A DNA stretch of 63,409 bases, filler included, from Reticulomyxa filosa (taxonomy: Eukaryota > Protista > Foraminifera), in the NCBI GenBank assembly GCA_000512085.1. It is 19 parts of 19 records of this genome, joined end to end, with 100 filler letters (N's around TTAATTAATTAA, not from the genome) between each part and the next. Parts side by side here need not be neighbours in the genome. Positions count along the whole stretch, not along the records: positions 46,441 to 54,448 come from ASPP01020703.1; positions 54,549 to 56,428 come from ASPP01045595.1; positions 56,529 to 57,617 come from ASPP01045094.1; positions 57,718 to 59,030 come from ASPP01024561.1; positions 59,131 to 60,434 come from ASPP01037185.1; positions 60,535 to 62,309 come from ASPP01010995.1; positions 62,410 to 63,409 come from ASPP01043023.1; 12 more parts are not named here. The stretch is one strand, 5' to 3'. Under the pieces are notes generated by a model that did no database searches, was not told the origin of the DNA, and saw only the letters and a list, made by a program, of their open reading frames with translations. The position numbers and the translations under genes are program-made. This document shows positions 50,972 to 63,409 of the stretch, piece by piece (within the stretch, counting starts at the first letter, position 1; each line of letters starts with the position of its first letter).

Positions 50972-51417
50972 TATCAGTTTTTTTATTGCTCAATGATAAG
51001 CTGAGGAAAAAATTGCAATTGCTTCGTATTTGTATGTGTAATTTTTTTTGGAGAGTAAAATAAGCAGAAAAAACTTGCAGCAATAAATGTCGAGGTTTTT
51101 TTACGAACTTACATCAGCTTTATCAACTACACTACTTAAAAATTTGATAATGATTGAAGAAAAGAAATTTTGGACAATGGGCTTGTGTGGCTGCTGAGTG
51201 AAAAAAGTCTCAATGTTGTGTATTTATGTCTCTGAAATGATTTATCTACATATAACTTGAAAGTGAATTTTCGATCAAAATCCTATCTTTTCTTTCATAG
51301 ACATAAACAAAAAAAATAAATAAAATGAACACTGTCATACCACACAAGATCCAATAAGCTCCCAAGGAATTTTTTTAAAATAATAAAATATTATAAACAT
51401 TTGAACTTTTGGCTATA

Positions 51418-51842
51418 ATGTCAATTGACGACTCTCTTTCAAAAGAAACAGAAAATATTCATGAGCAAACTCCTCCTCCAGCATTCGAAAAAACAGAAAT
51501 AGTGGAAGATGTGTTTGAGCCAAGAAGACTGGCAATCTTGCCACCATCGTACCGAGAGAACCAGTTAGCAATCCCACAAAAGCCTCAAAGACCAAGCCAT
51601 TTGATATTGGATGCATTGCCCTACATCGAGCCGTTTCACAACTTAGAGTTGCGATCCCGCGCGGAGAAGCTCGTGGCGGACGAAATGAAAAAGATGGAGC
51701 AGGAAGATCCAAATGAGGATTTGCATCGCAAATATTTGGACAAATATCCTTTGCCAAATGCACCATACATTGTAAACAACTGTTTATACAAAGCATAAAT
51801 TTAACTTTTTTGTATGTGTATAAACATATATACATATACATG

Positions 51843-51873
<31 letters not shown>

Positions 51874-52365
51874 GTATATATACATGCAAATTAGTACAGC
51901 GCAGAATTAGATGAACAAGCAGACCGAATTCAGCGCAAGGAAAAAATATTGGATGAAGAGAGATACGAATGTCGAGGTCCACGTGCGGAACAGTTGAAGT
52001 CGTTGAGTGCGTGGATTCAAAGTGTCGAAAATGTGCAAGCGCAACTAAACCACGGATTGAACCAACAGATAAATATTGAATTGTGCAAACAGTACTTGCC
52101 ACAGCAATGGAAGAAACACACCGCGGATTTGAAGGCACAAGAACAATACTATCAGGCCTTGTTCTTAGAAAAAGAAGCACAAATGGCCGAAATTAATAAA
52201 CAAAGAAAAAAAGTACAGATGGAATGTGAGCCTGAACTCCATCAAATACAAAAACAATGGTGGGAGCTGGTTGATAAAAATAACCAAATTGAGTTACAAT
52301 GTTTCCTTTTGCAAAAACGCATTGACCAATCGTCGCAGCGAACTAAACCTGAATCGCAAAAATAA
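51418..52365 (+). CDS. BCAS2: Pre-mRNA splicing factor SPF27/BCAS2 (2 exons)
   Basis: LDALPYIE..AEKLVADEMK; DEERYE..AWIQSVENVQAQLNH..NIELCKQY..W; INKQRKKVQ..WWELVDKNNQIE. Confidence 0.88.
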
Positions 52366-52846
52366 TCTGTCACTGTATCAATTGAGGATAATTTCGAAGC
52401 AAGGAGGAAAGGATAATCATATTAAATATGTATGTATATGCATATATATTTGTATATGTATATATCTTTTATCCCCCCCCCACAATATCAGTCGTCAATT
52501 CCATTAAATTGCCACAACCAAGTTTAAAATAAAATTAAAGTTTTCTTTCACGTTTCAGACAAAATGTTGTTTTTTTAATGGTGAAATTGAACTATTGCAA
52601 TTCCTCATCACGTTCTGAGAAAACTAATACTTTTTAAAAAAAGAAACATTTAGTCTTATTCATTTATTTGCGTAATACCAATCTTCAAGTAAAAAAAACT
52701 TTTAGGACAATTTGTAAGCAAGTGTTCAATTAATTACAACGCAAAACAAAACATGGTCTTATGTTTTCCTGGTAATTCGAAAAGGGTTTGGGATAAAAAC
52801 GCTCTGTCTCTCTTTTAAGTGATATAGTAATATTGCATTTTCCAAA

Positions 52847-54350
52847 ATGGCAGCAGAACCCAGTGCAGAAACTTTGGCAAAAGTAGCGAAAATGAAAGAG
52901 CGTGTAGAAGCGGTACAATTGAAGAGGAAGCATATCCTTACACATGACCCCCTTTTTGTGAGTCCGTACTTAGCAAACACAAGGAAGCTGTGAAACCCCC
53001 CAAAACAGACAATTGCAGGTCGTCTCAATTCCACCAATGCAAGACGCGCACGGTGAGTTAAAAAATATAGATCTTATGATGACTACCTACTAGTCGGAGA
53101 CATATCAAATGTTTGTTGTACTGTCTCTAGCAGCAAATATTTTTTTAAAAAAAAGGGGTGTAAAAAAAAAAAAAAATAATAATAATAAAAAATATGTATA
53201 AAAAAAAAGAACCCAAAAAATGGAAAAAATTTAACTCGTTTGGAATCAAAGGGTTTAACGGAAGAACAAAAACGAGACAAATACACAGATTACTTAATGG
53301 CAGAGAGTTAAAACATGTTGAATGTAGTTTGATTTAAAACAATTGTATGTGTATGTTCACATATGGATTATTGAAGTAAAAAGGGGCATTATTGAACAAA
53401 AGAAGCACTTTTGAGCAACAACTACTACAATGCGAAAAAAGAAAAAGTGGTTGTGTGAACATGTTAGGGAAAGCACTTCGAAGTCAGCGGCACAAAGTCA
53501 GCTTAAAAGATTTCACGTTAGTACGTGTGATTGGTAAGGGTGCCTTTGGAGAGGTCCGCATTGTGCGAGAGCAAAACACAAAGCAAGTATACGCAATGAA
53601 AACGATGCGAAAGCGAGATATGATCGCAAAGAATCAGGCCACACACGTCGAAGCTGAGCGCAATTTGATGGCTGGTGCTGATAGTCCTTGGCTTGTCAAA
53701 TTACATTTTTCATTTCAAGTTCTGAGTGCTTCTTTTTTTTTTTTTGGTCATGAATAATAATAATGATAAAGTGAATAAAAATCAATTAGGACGACACATA
53801 TTTGTATTTGGTAATGGAGTTTTGTGGAGGAGGGGACTTGATGAATGTGTTGATGCGCCAAGATATATTGACAGAAAAAACTACACGTTTCTACATGGCC
53901 GAATTGGCTGCTGCCATCAATGCGGTACATGAATTGGACTTTGTGCATCGGTTTGATTTTTTTTTTTTTTTTTTTTTGGTGTATGTAAGAAAGTGGAGTT
54001 TTGTGATTCCCTCCAAATTCATTGTTTTGTAAATTTGTTGTGAAATGGCTTCACATCATTAGAGACTTGAAACCAGACAATATACTGATTGCCAATGACG
54101 GACATATCAAATTGTCCGATTTTGGCTTGGCCAAGTCCTTTCGAACTGAAAATGACGACATGATATCCCAATACCAAGAAAAGGCAGAGAGTTTGGATAA
54201 AGCCGACACTGATGAAAAAGAGGACTCGGTAGACACAACAGAACAAATGAAAGCTACGCGTGCCAAATACAAAGAAAGAGAAAGGAGTCTCATGTTTTCT
54301 ACTGTTGGCACACCCGACTACATTGCTCCTGAGGTTTTCTCTAGGCGAGG
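52847..54350 (+). CDS. NDR/LATS-family AGC kinase (3' part missing)
   Basis: [46 protein letters not shown]; [12 protein letters not shown]; [10 protein letters not shown]; KLSDFGL; [14 protein letters not shown]. Confidence 0.93.
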
Positions 54351-54410
54351 GTAAGCTTTCAATTCAACTTGTGTGGTGTATTTATGTGGGATATGTATTT
54401 TGTCTTTTTA

Positions 54411-54448
<38 letters not shown>

Positions 54449-57400
54449 NNNNNNNNNNNNNNNNNNNNNNNNNNNNNNNNNNNNNNNNNNNNTTAATTAA
54501 TTAANNNNNNNNNNNNNNNNNNNNNNNNNNNNNNNNNNNNNNNNNNNNTTGTGTTTGTTATCAATAGTTTCCCCCTTCAAGAAAAAACATATATGTATAT
54601 ACTTTTTTATATTTGTTTATTTGTCCCCCTCCCCCCCCATCACGAAAACAAAAAGAGTTTGTCAGTGTTTACAGGGGAAAAAAGAAATCGAAATTGGAGA
54701 TGGTATTTCAATTTAATAGTTATAAATATATATTTTTTTGTCTATAAAAATTATAAAATATAACTTTATTTGTATATGTGCATATAGGTCCGGCGCACAA
54801 CATGAATGGTATTTATTTTAAAAAGGGGTTGGATAAAAAGTAGTGAGTAGATTGAATAATAGGGTGTAGAAAAAAAAAGAAAATAAAATGATAAGAAGAA
54901 AAAAAAGGGGATAGTGAAAAAAGAAAAAAAGGAAAAAAGAAAAAAGAAAATGAAAAAAGGTTATAATAAAAAAGAAAAATTGAAAAATGTAAAAATTGAA
55001 AAAAGAAAAAAAGAAAAATAAAAAAAGTATTAGAAAAAAAAACAAACATTTTTGATAAGGAAAAAATAATGAAAGAAAAAGAAAAATTATGTGATGATAT
55101 CCCGCGCGGGATAGTTAAGTAAATTTTTTTTCTTTGTGCGTTTGTTAAAAAAAACAAATATAAAAATATACTTATAATATTATATAGAACAAGATCAGCC
55201 AATTGAAATGATCCGAAACAAGTATTTACTAAAATGAGTCATCTTTCTTTTTTCAATAATATCAAATTGATTTGTTATTTTTGTATATTTATAAATAGTT
55301 TTGTTCCAGTGAAAGCGTAGAGATTATGTACAATTTGTCCTCCAAACAAAGTCAGCATATATACGTATCCAGTGCTGCATGTGCATTAGTTGAATCACCA
55401 AGATTTGAATATTAAATTGGAAGATTGACTGTCTTATCATCGGCCGCAGATTGTGTTATCACTTTTTATGAGTCACTTGAGCTCCTTCAATAATAGAGCT
55501 ACCCAAATTGCTTCTTCTCAAAATCGTATTGCTGCAGACAGTTAAGGTCAACCAACTTATTCGCAAGGACCAGCAAACAATTGAATCGGGATCATGTCTA
55601 GCAATGTGTCGGCTCAATGAATTGACTAATTGGTATACAAGAAGCAACTCACAATTAATCACCAATTGTATCATTGTTCAACTTTCGGTATTTTTGGTCT
55701 GTCGCCCAAAGCTCAAAAGTGGATTGTTTGTGCAAGTTCACAAATCAATATAATACATATAATCGATTTAAAATGACAAAGATTGACCAAACGCAAAGGA
55801 AAGGCAGCTTTATTTGAAGGTACGTACTACTTTTATCATATTTTCAGTTGTTGTGATATGTTTTAACCAAAATAATGTGGAATGGATTATTTCATTGTAT
55901 GATGATTTACCTTAGGTTTGGAATGAAAGAGAGAAAGAGAAAGAAGAGCAAGAAAGAGTAAATTAAGAGAAGGGAAAGAAACAATAGTATTAGTGGATTA
56001 TTTTCAAAAATATGAACATATCAAAAGAAGGAAGGAGACAATGTGAATGAGAGATGGTCGGCACAATAAATCCCTTAAAAGTGTTTATATTCGTTTTACG
56101 AAAACCGTGAGTGGTTATGGATGATATTTATAAAGCGAAATACAAATGACAATGAATTATCATGTACTTGCAATCACGCAATTTGATTGTTTTTTTCAAT
56201 GTAAAAAAACTTGGTTATCGTCGTCAAGCAAGATTGGCAGGAAATGATTTGCTTTATTTATCCCAATGCCCTTGAAAGAAGATTAAAGTTAAAAGAACAT
56301 TGATTATTTTTTGTCTTTTTTTTTTCTAAAAAATTTGAATTAATTTATTGTTTGTCGTTTTTGTTTTTACAGCAACTGGAATACGAAAGTCCACAGGCGG
56401 TGGTGGTATCTGCAGAAGAAGAAGAACANNNNNNNNNNNNNNNNNNNNNNNNNNNNNNNNNNNNNNNNNNNNTTAATTAATTAANNNNNNNNNNNNNNNN
56501 NNNNNNNNNNNNNNNNNNNNNNNNNNNNAAAAAGAGAAGACACAAGTTCAATGAGATTAAATCTTTAACAACAAACATACCAATGATAAAACAAAATAAA
56601 ATTGTGAAACTTGAGCCCAAAAAAGGAATGATAGCAAAAAAAAAGCAGGAAGCAAAGTAACGGATGTGAATAAGGTATTCCAAAGACTGAAAATAACTTG
56701 AAATCATAATCTAAAAACAATTTTTCTTGAGTTTGGGGGTTGGGGTTGCTTAATTGCTCGTACGAGCATGTTCTTTGATTGTACATTGTTTGCGTTATGT
56801 TTTGCGCTTTTTTCGTAGGTCCCTGGTACCATGAAAACTGCCACGAAAAACTAATATATTTTTTTGTACTAGTTTTTGATCTCAAGATAACAGCAGAAAA
56901 TTATTCCTTGTGAGTATGTCATGATAAATAGACATTATTTTATGTGATAAAACAGCTATATATTTTTTTAACATGATAAACAAGCTTTAAAAGTTAAATG
57001 GTGCATAAGTTATCAATTATTTTATTATATCCTTTTAGAAATATTGCTTACAAGCAAAATGAAATAACTTTAAAAACAAGGTTCGATTATTTTATGAATA
57101 CAAAAAGAAAAAACAATATACTTAGGCAAGACCCCAGTGTTTGAATGAGGATCCATTTGTCAACAATATTTTTTTTTATTGTTGTTTGGAAAGAAAAAAA
57201 GAGCCTACTTTCACAAAAACAAGCACAAAAAAATCGATTCACATTGTTCCAAAACAAATCAAAAACAGAACAAAAACTAAAATAAGTAAGATAACCAAAT
57301 CAAAAGCAAGACGCATTTGCATTCCGAATTGCAAATAAGCAAAATGGAAAGTCAAACAAAACAAAAACAGAAGCACATGCCTTGCAACGAAACTCAAGAA

Positions 57401-57717
57401 TACAACAACAATAAAAAAAAAATTAACCAAATCACGGATAGATTGGGAAAAAATCATACACACAAAAAAATTTATGCAAAAGTATGTCCATTATTACTAT
57501 TATTTTTATTTAAAAAATTTTTCTTTAAATCCTGATCAATTTTTTTTCTTTTTTTCCAACTTCTTTTTATGTCCCTTGTAGGGCAAGGCCCTATAAATAT
57601 CTGAACGTTGAAGGAACNNNNNNNNNNNNNNNNNNNNNNNNNNNNNNNNNNNNNNNNNNNNTTAATTAATTAANNNNNNNNNNNNNNNNNNNNNNNNNNN
57701 NNNNNNNNNNNNNNNNN

Positions 57718-58420
57718 TTTATTTGTTTTTTGAATTGGTGTAATGTGGTAGATGTTCTTTTCCATCGTAAGTTAAAAATGGTAAACCACGATCTTCAATT
57801 CGATGAATTTTAATAATCTGAAACATAAATTTTCGAAACCAATAATTTTTGTTTGTAGCAACAAGCTTTGTTGACAAGGACAAGCCCGTGTCCTTAGTGT
57901 TTGAAAAGTACATTCTTCATAAAAATTTACATCTAAGTAATTTGATATCACTTATCTTTGAAGATTTCAAGGTCAAACGCTTTTAAATTGAAAAAGACTC
58001 AAGATTTTGGAGTACTAAAAAAAGCAAGATTTGCTAATTAAAAATAATAAAGTGGCGTTTGCAGCAACGATGAAGCTGCACTACCCATTTGGGATGCATC
58101 AAAATGGATGTTCTCATGAGACATGCAAAGAGGACAGGGAAACATGGAACTCTTTGTTTGATGTTGTCGATGTATTCGCGATCATGGAATACTGGTGCGT
58201 TTGAATACACAAATAGTAAGAATGAGTGGGCATATGCACTCTTTACGTGTATTTTTTTTTTTCTCGTATCAATTATATTTCCTATCAAAAGATTGATATC
58301 AGCATTGCTTTTTAAACATTTCTGTCCCCAATTTTTTGAAAATGCTTCTAATTCTTGTGGATTGCTCCAATCCTCAAACTCTATGTGAATGCCTTCTTTC
58401 CAACTTCACAGCCAATCGTT
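57718..58420 (-). pseudogene. Decayed coding sequence of unknown family
   Basis: Protein-like fragments broken by stops and frameshifts. Confidence 0.3.
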
Positions 58421-60189
58421 CAAGTTATATTATACTATACATTGATTACAATATAAATTTAGACGATTAGTGTAGTTAACACAATTAACATGTTATTTTT
58501 TTTTTTTGCAGATCAAAATTACAATTATTATTTGTAAAGGTTGACAATTGAAATTTTTATTTATTACTTTTGAACTTGTCCTTTATTCCTTTTCCACAAT
58601 TCTCAATTTTTTTTAAATATTCAAAAAAATAAAATATTACGCGAAAACGGATACAAAAAAATTGCACAATTGATTTTTTTTCTTTAAACTCAAGTATTTT
58701 CTTTCGTATCTAAAAAAAAAAAAATAAACAATAAAATTTACAATTTGTCTTGTAAAATAAAACAATATTTATCACCCTCGGCACCTTAAAATGTTATGAG
58801 TTAACAAGAAGGTTTCCTTAGGAAACAAATAATTGTTGTTTGTCAACTTACTGACTTAAATTTATTTTTTTTAGTAACGCAAAACCGACTTAACTTTTTT
58901 TTTGCGGTTATTTTCAAATTCTAAACTCGCTTTGAGTTTAAATAACAAGCAAGATAAGTCGAAAAAAAATAAAAGTCATCAATTCAAAAAAAATGCAAAA
59001 AGCAAACAACAAAACTATAAAACAAAAAACNNNNNNNNNNNNNNNNNNNNNNNNNNNNNNNNNNNNNNNNNNNNTTAATTAATTAANNNNNNNNNNNNNN
59101 NNNNNNNNNNNNNNNNNNNNNNNNNNNNNNCACTTTACTCATCTTTTTTCTCAGCTTTCAAAAGTCCTTTAACGCTATTAATTTTATAGAGTTTTTTTTT
59201 TTTTAGTTGAAGTGTTTTTTTATGAATGGAGGGGACAGAAAGAAGTTTTTTGTGTTTAGGTTTATAAAATTACAAGTGTTTTTTGATATGCTTTTTATAT
59301 TAAAATTTTGGAAACACATTTTAATTCATGAAATACTTTTTTCATTTTAAATCAACAGATAAGTATCAAAGATGATCAGGAGATATGATGGTACAATTCC
59401 TATTTTATAAGTGTTTGCTTACAAAGCAAATAAACTCTTTTGCATGAAATAGTAGGAAGAGAATGAAAATCTTTGCATATTTAAAATGGTGTTAAATTTC
59501 ATCCCAAAAGCAATTGAATATGGCTATCTTGAACATATCAAAAAGCATATTATATAAAAGAAAATAAATAATATTATTAACGATAAACTGTCTTGTCAAT
59601 ATAATTAAAAAAACATCAATGATTGACAGATATTTTTTACTGGATCAAATTAACATGATAATATTACATATAAATTCATTTATCTCAATATTTTTGAATT
59701 CATATTCTGCTCTTTAAAGTGTCGTGTAAATAAACTTTTTTTAGAAAGCTTGTCAAGTTTGAAGTTTTTGGTGATGAAAATATCGCCATTCTTTCCACAA
59801 TTTCGTCCAAGCAAAGGTAAATAAACAGTCTTTCTTCTTTCTTTGTGTCAAAACTTTGGAGTGCCTCAATAATCAATGATGTCGAAAGTTATTAGCTACT
59901 TTTTGTTTCAAGATTATTGAAATTGGGATCTTGGTTCAAAGTATGTTATGGATAGTATTGCATCTATAGTATTCCGGTTTGATCGTGGCAGCTTAGTCTT
60001 CGTTGTCGTCGTTATCGTGTATTCATGTATTCCACTGGAGGCATATAATATGTTGAATCGATGAAGCTATCAAAACCTTGGATCAGTATTAGTATTCATA
60101 GCATCATTAATCATTTGTAAGGTCAGACAGAAGCACCCGTTTTATCGTCCCTTCTTTTACCTGTTGTAACCGGATAATCAAAGAGTATA

Positions 60190-60434
60190 GTAGAACGCAA
60201 AGTAAAGTTGACACATAAAGCGGCATCTTAGAGATGATTAATTTTCTTCATGAAAAAACAACATTCAGACCTAATTTTTTTTAAAATGCACGAAATATTT
60301 TACGTTATGTTATTTGACGATGTCATTAAAAAGAAAGTTCAAAAATGGTTCAATCAAATATTATATAAGAAAAGACTTAGTGAATGTATTCAGTAGGTTA
60401 CAAAGAAAACTGAACGCCTAAAACGATATCATAT
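60190..60434 (+). repeat. Composite dispersed repeat: 60190-60286 resembles 47805-47905; 60401-60428 is identical to 46313-46340
   Basis: Shared gcaaagtaaagttga.acataaa.cggca..agatgatt.attttcttcat.aaaaaacaacattcagacctaattttt and caaagaaaactgaacgcctaaaacgata. Confidence 0.8.
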
Positions 60435-60609
60435 NNNNNNNNNNNNNNNNNNNNNNNNNNNNNNNNNNNNNNNNNNNNTTAATTAATTAANNNNNNNNNN
60501 NNNNNNNNNNNNNNNNNNNNNNNNNNNNNNNNNNATATATAAATATATATAAATATATATAAATATATGCATATACAATACAAATGTATCTAAAAAAAAA
60601 AAAAAACGT

Positions 60610-61055
60610 AACAATAGCATAAAAAATCAAATTCATTCGCAAAGAGTCAATCAACTTTCCTCGAAGAGTGAAACTTCCTGACATTTTGTACCTGTTCACA
60701 CACAAAAAAAAAAAAAAAAAAACATGCCCTATGCACGTGTCAAGGTCCTTGCTCATTCATTCCACACAAATCCAACATACCCTTGTTGAATTGGGATGAT
60801 AAACCAAGTCAGTAAAAAACATGTCCAATATAAAAAACCGTAAAATGGGTAAATTGCTGCTGTGTTCTCTTCGCTCGTCGTTACGTCTAATGGTAATATG
60901 AACACAATTATTGTGCTACAGACCCACGAAAACCACACCACCACTAGCACATCCCACGTTACTGACGCATGTGCGAAATGTTTAACTAGCCAGGTTATAA
61001 AAGCCACTAAAAACAACACACTTATAATCACATAGACCAACACGAGTACGTTCAT
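60610..61055 (-). CDS. LMBR1-domain membrane protein (LMBRD2-like), first two exons
   Basis: VWFSW..IVFILPLDV..FLYWTCFLLTWFIIPIQQG|YKMSGSFTLRGKLIDSLRMNLIFY. Confidence 0.85.
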
Positions 61056-61803
61056 TCTTATCAACAATTACCAAACCCCAAACGGAAACAACTGCACAAT
61101 TCCTCAACCCTTTCTGCAAACAAGAGCCAACTACTTCGTTTTAAATGTAAAAATATCTAAAATTTAAGAGAAAACTTTTGCTTCAATATAATTCATTAAA
61201 GAAATATAATTTTTAAGAAGCAAAGCATAATCAATAAAGAAATTATTGGAAAACTCTTGACAAGTACTCAAAACATTATATCCTTTTAAAAAATTTCATT
61301 TTTAGATTAAGTCACATTACTCTTAATTATCTTGTGTTATTACGTTCAAAATTTAGTTATTCCAATTGCATGTATGAACATAGCTGTAAGATACTAAGAA
61401 AAATTTTTTTACATGTTTTTTATTACATTTCAACGACGTTAGTTGTATTCTTTTTCATAAATTTTAGATGAACCTTACAAAAAGAAGTTACAAACAAGAT
61501 TATAAATATTATAAACATTTGGAAAATGAGAAATACTTACTAAATTTTGAAAATCTTTTGAAAGACTTGCAATCATTTTTTTTTATGAAATTCAATGTTA
61601 CATTTCAATTGTACTGAATTTGAATTCCGCTTTTTTGTTGTGTTGGCCTCATACGTAATTTCGTAAAAATGTTGTTTTGGGATAAGAATTAGGCGTATAA
61701 CGAAATAGTCTGTTTGGAGAATTCGTCAGGGCAGAGGAAAAGTTTTCAGTTTTGCCAATTTTTTTTTTTTGAAAACGGCAACTAGAAAAGATATTCCTCG
61801 TAA

Positions 61804-62309
61804 ATGCGTGATTTCGAAGTGGAAATATCCGAGCGTCCACTCGGTGTAAAATTTGCACATGCAGATCATGGAGAAACAGTAGTAGTTCACTTGGTATTGG
61901 AGGGTAGACTTGGCGCAAAACTGGGATTAGAACCGGGAGACGTATTGATGGCAGTGAATGGCGTGCCATTGGCGAACAAAAGCAGTGCACAAGCACTGGA
62001 CGAATTTCGTAGTCAAGCTATCCCATACAAAGCAACATTTCGTCGTTTTGACGAAAATGACGAATATGACAATGAAGAGGAGCATAGTGAATCGGATAAG
62101 GCAATGCATCAACGAGAAGAAGTGAACCATTTGTTGGCCGGTTTGCAAGTCAACCCACATTATAAAAGTGACAAAGTTGCGAGCAGAAGAAGCAAAGCTC
62201 AAAGCGATACACATATATATGACTTTTCTTTTTTATTTGTGATCCCCCCCTTCCTGCCTTCTCTCCCCCTTCCTGCCTTCTCTCCCCCTTTTTTTTTTTT
62301 TTTTTTTTT
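61804..62309 (+). CDS. PDZ-domain protein, first exon (partial)
   Basis: ERPLGVKF..VVVHLVLEGRLGAKLGLEPGDVLMAVNGVPL. Confidence 0.8.
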
Positions 62310-62599
62310 NNNNNNNNNNNNNNNNNNNNNNNNNNNNNNNNNNNNNNNNNNNNTTAATTAATTAANNNNNNNNNNNNNNNNNNNNNNNNNNNNNNNNNNN
62401 NNNNNNNNNATAAGATAATTATGGTATATGTTATTTCTCTTTGTCAAAATCGAGAATGCTATTTGTCACTTTTCTTTGATATCAAAATAGAAAATATATT
62501 TTTAATCAATGTAAAATTTTAATGGAATATATCTTTTCAATATGTTGTTTAAAATTACAAAACATTCTTTAATTGACATAAAGTGCATTTAAATAAATA

Positions 62600-63075
62600 C
62601 ACTGCACCAAAAATGAGCACATACATAACACATTTTAAAATTTTTTTTTTGTTCAGAAGTAGTAATTTACTTATTGCGAGAGGAGTTTTGCCATTAATAA
62701 TTTAAAAGTAATATTTGAAATACAAAATTTGAATGTTATGTAAAACTTTTTTCGTTCCATTTTGTAATGATTAATATTTGCAAAGTTTACTATTTAGAAT
62801 ATCATTAAATGTAATTTTTTAAAAAGTTAAACTACTTAAAAATTTAGCAATATGGATCTTTTTATTCTATTTTGACAAAGAAGTAAAACTTTAAATTGAG
62901 TTTTTACCATTTAGTTAAATCACTGTTTGCTTTGCAAACTGCCTTTATCCTTTCTGATATGGATTTTATTAAATTTATGCATATCTCTTTGTCGATGTTT
63001 TCATATTTTGTTTCAAATTGTCCCCAAAGTCCTTTTGTTGATTTAAATAGGTTTTTTTTACATATCCTTGTCTTT
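62600..63075 (-). mobile_element. Tc1/mariner transposon remnant: transposase C-terminus and putative terminal repeat
   Basis: KSTKGLWGQFETKYENIDKEICINLIKSISERIKAVCKANSDLTKW* (stop at 62904) fits the Tc1 C-terminus (LI.SMP.R..AVI.A.G..TKY). TA-CACTGCACCAAAAATG at 62598 resembles a TA target plus TIR. Confidence 0.7.
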
Positions 63076-63079
63076 ACTA

Positions 63080-63409
63080 TCATTCAATGAATGAATAACA
63101 ATCTCTTCAAATGATTTTGCTTCCATTATATTAGATAAAAAATATCGTGGCATTATATGTCTCGGAGTATCATCTCATTCGCATATCAAATGTCTATTCC
63201 ATTGATCTGTAAAGTATGAATTTAATCTAAGATTATTCAGGAATGCTGTTGATCTATGTTGTTGGTTTAAATCTTTTGCAATTGCGTAGCTTTTATGTAT
63301 CATTATTTGCAACAAGATCAACACTATCATTTCCAGGAATATAGAATGACCTTTAATCCAGTAAATTTCTGGAACATTATCCCATTAAATGATCTCAATA
63401 TCTTCTGAC
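63080..63409 (-). mobile_element. Retrotransposon RNase H remnant (non-LTR type)
   Basis: VPEIYWIKGHS/IPGNDSVDLVA, with one frameshift, matches the RNase HI motif W.KGH.GI.GNE.AD.LA. Confidence 0.72.

Noticed and set aside
54813-55202. Phe-rich membrane protein ORFs
   Set aside because: Translation of an A-rich low-complexity tract.
1-63409. Gene-cluster or operon-like system across the window; tRNA and rRNA genes
   Set aside because: Contigs are arbitrarily concatenated, and no tRNA or rRNA was recognised by eye.

Overview
Eukaryotic, AT-rich, intron-containing DNA. The window is 19 short unrelated contigs joined by 18 artificial 100-nt spacers (N44-TTAATTAATTAA-N44), so adjacency across spacers means nothing. 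Gene style (short T/A-rich introns, many decayed genes, CAP-Gly/TLDc/XK-like families) suggests a rhizarian, possibly a foraminiferan such as Reticulomyxa; this is inference only. Recognisable genes or fragments: PEX19, a PH+WD40 protein, a membrane-anchored globin, a bacterial-type SDR, a HAD (SAK-2 type) protein, FAM177-like, a CDK-like kinase, MINDY3-like DUB with an NZF finger, DmX/Rav1-like, XK-related, AP beta appendage, a myristoylated kinase, HUS1, an RDH-like SDR, a PB1/SAM coiled-coil protein, TLDc, SFT2, a CBS protein, BCAS2/SPF27, NDR kinase, LMBRD2-like and a PDZ protein. Also present are a decayed multi-CAP-Gly gene, Tc1 and RNase H remnants, and inverted and dispersed repeats. 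The most striking signals are introns with a T-rich 5' half and an A-rich 3' half (no polypyrimidine tract, fold-back potential), the anchored globin, the BfgV-like SDR with introns, and a structured dispersed repeat end. All family calls are by eye from remembered motifs; no searches were run, and exon boundaries are approximate.
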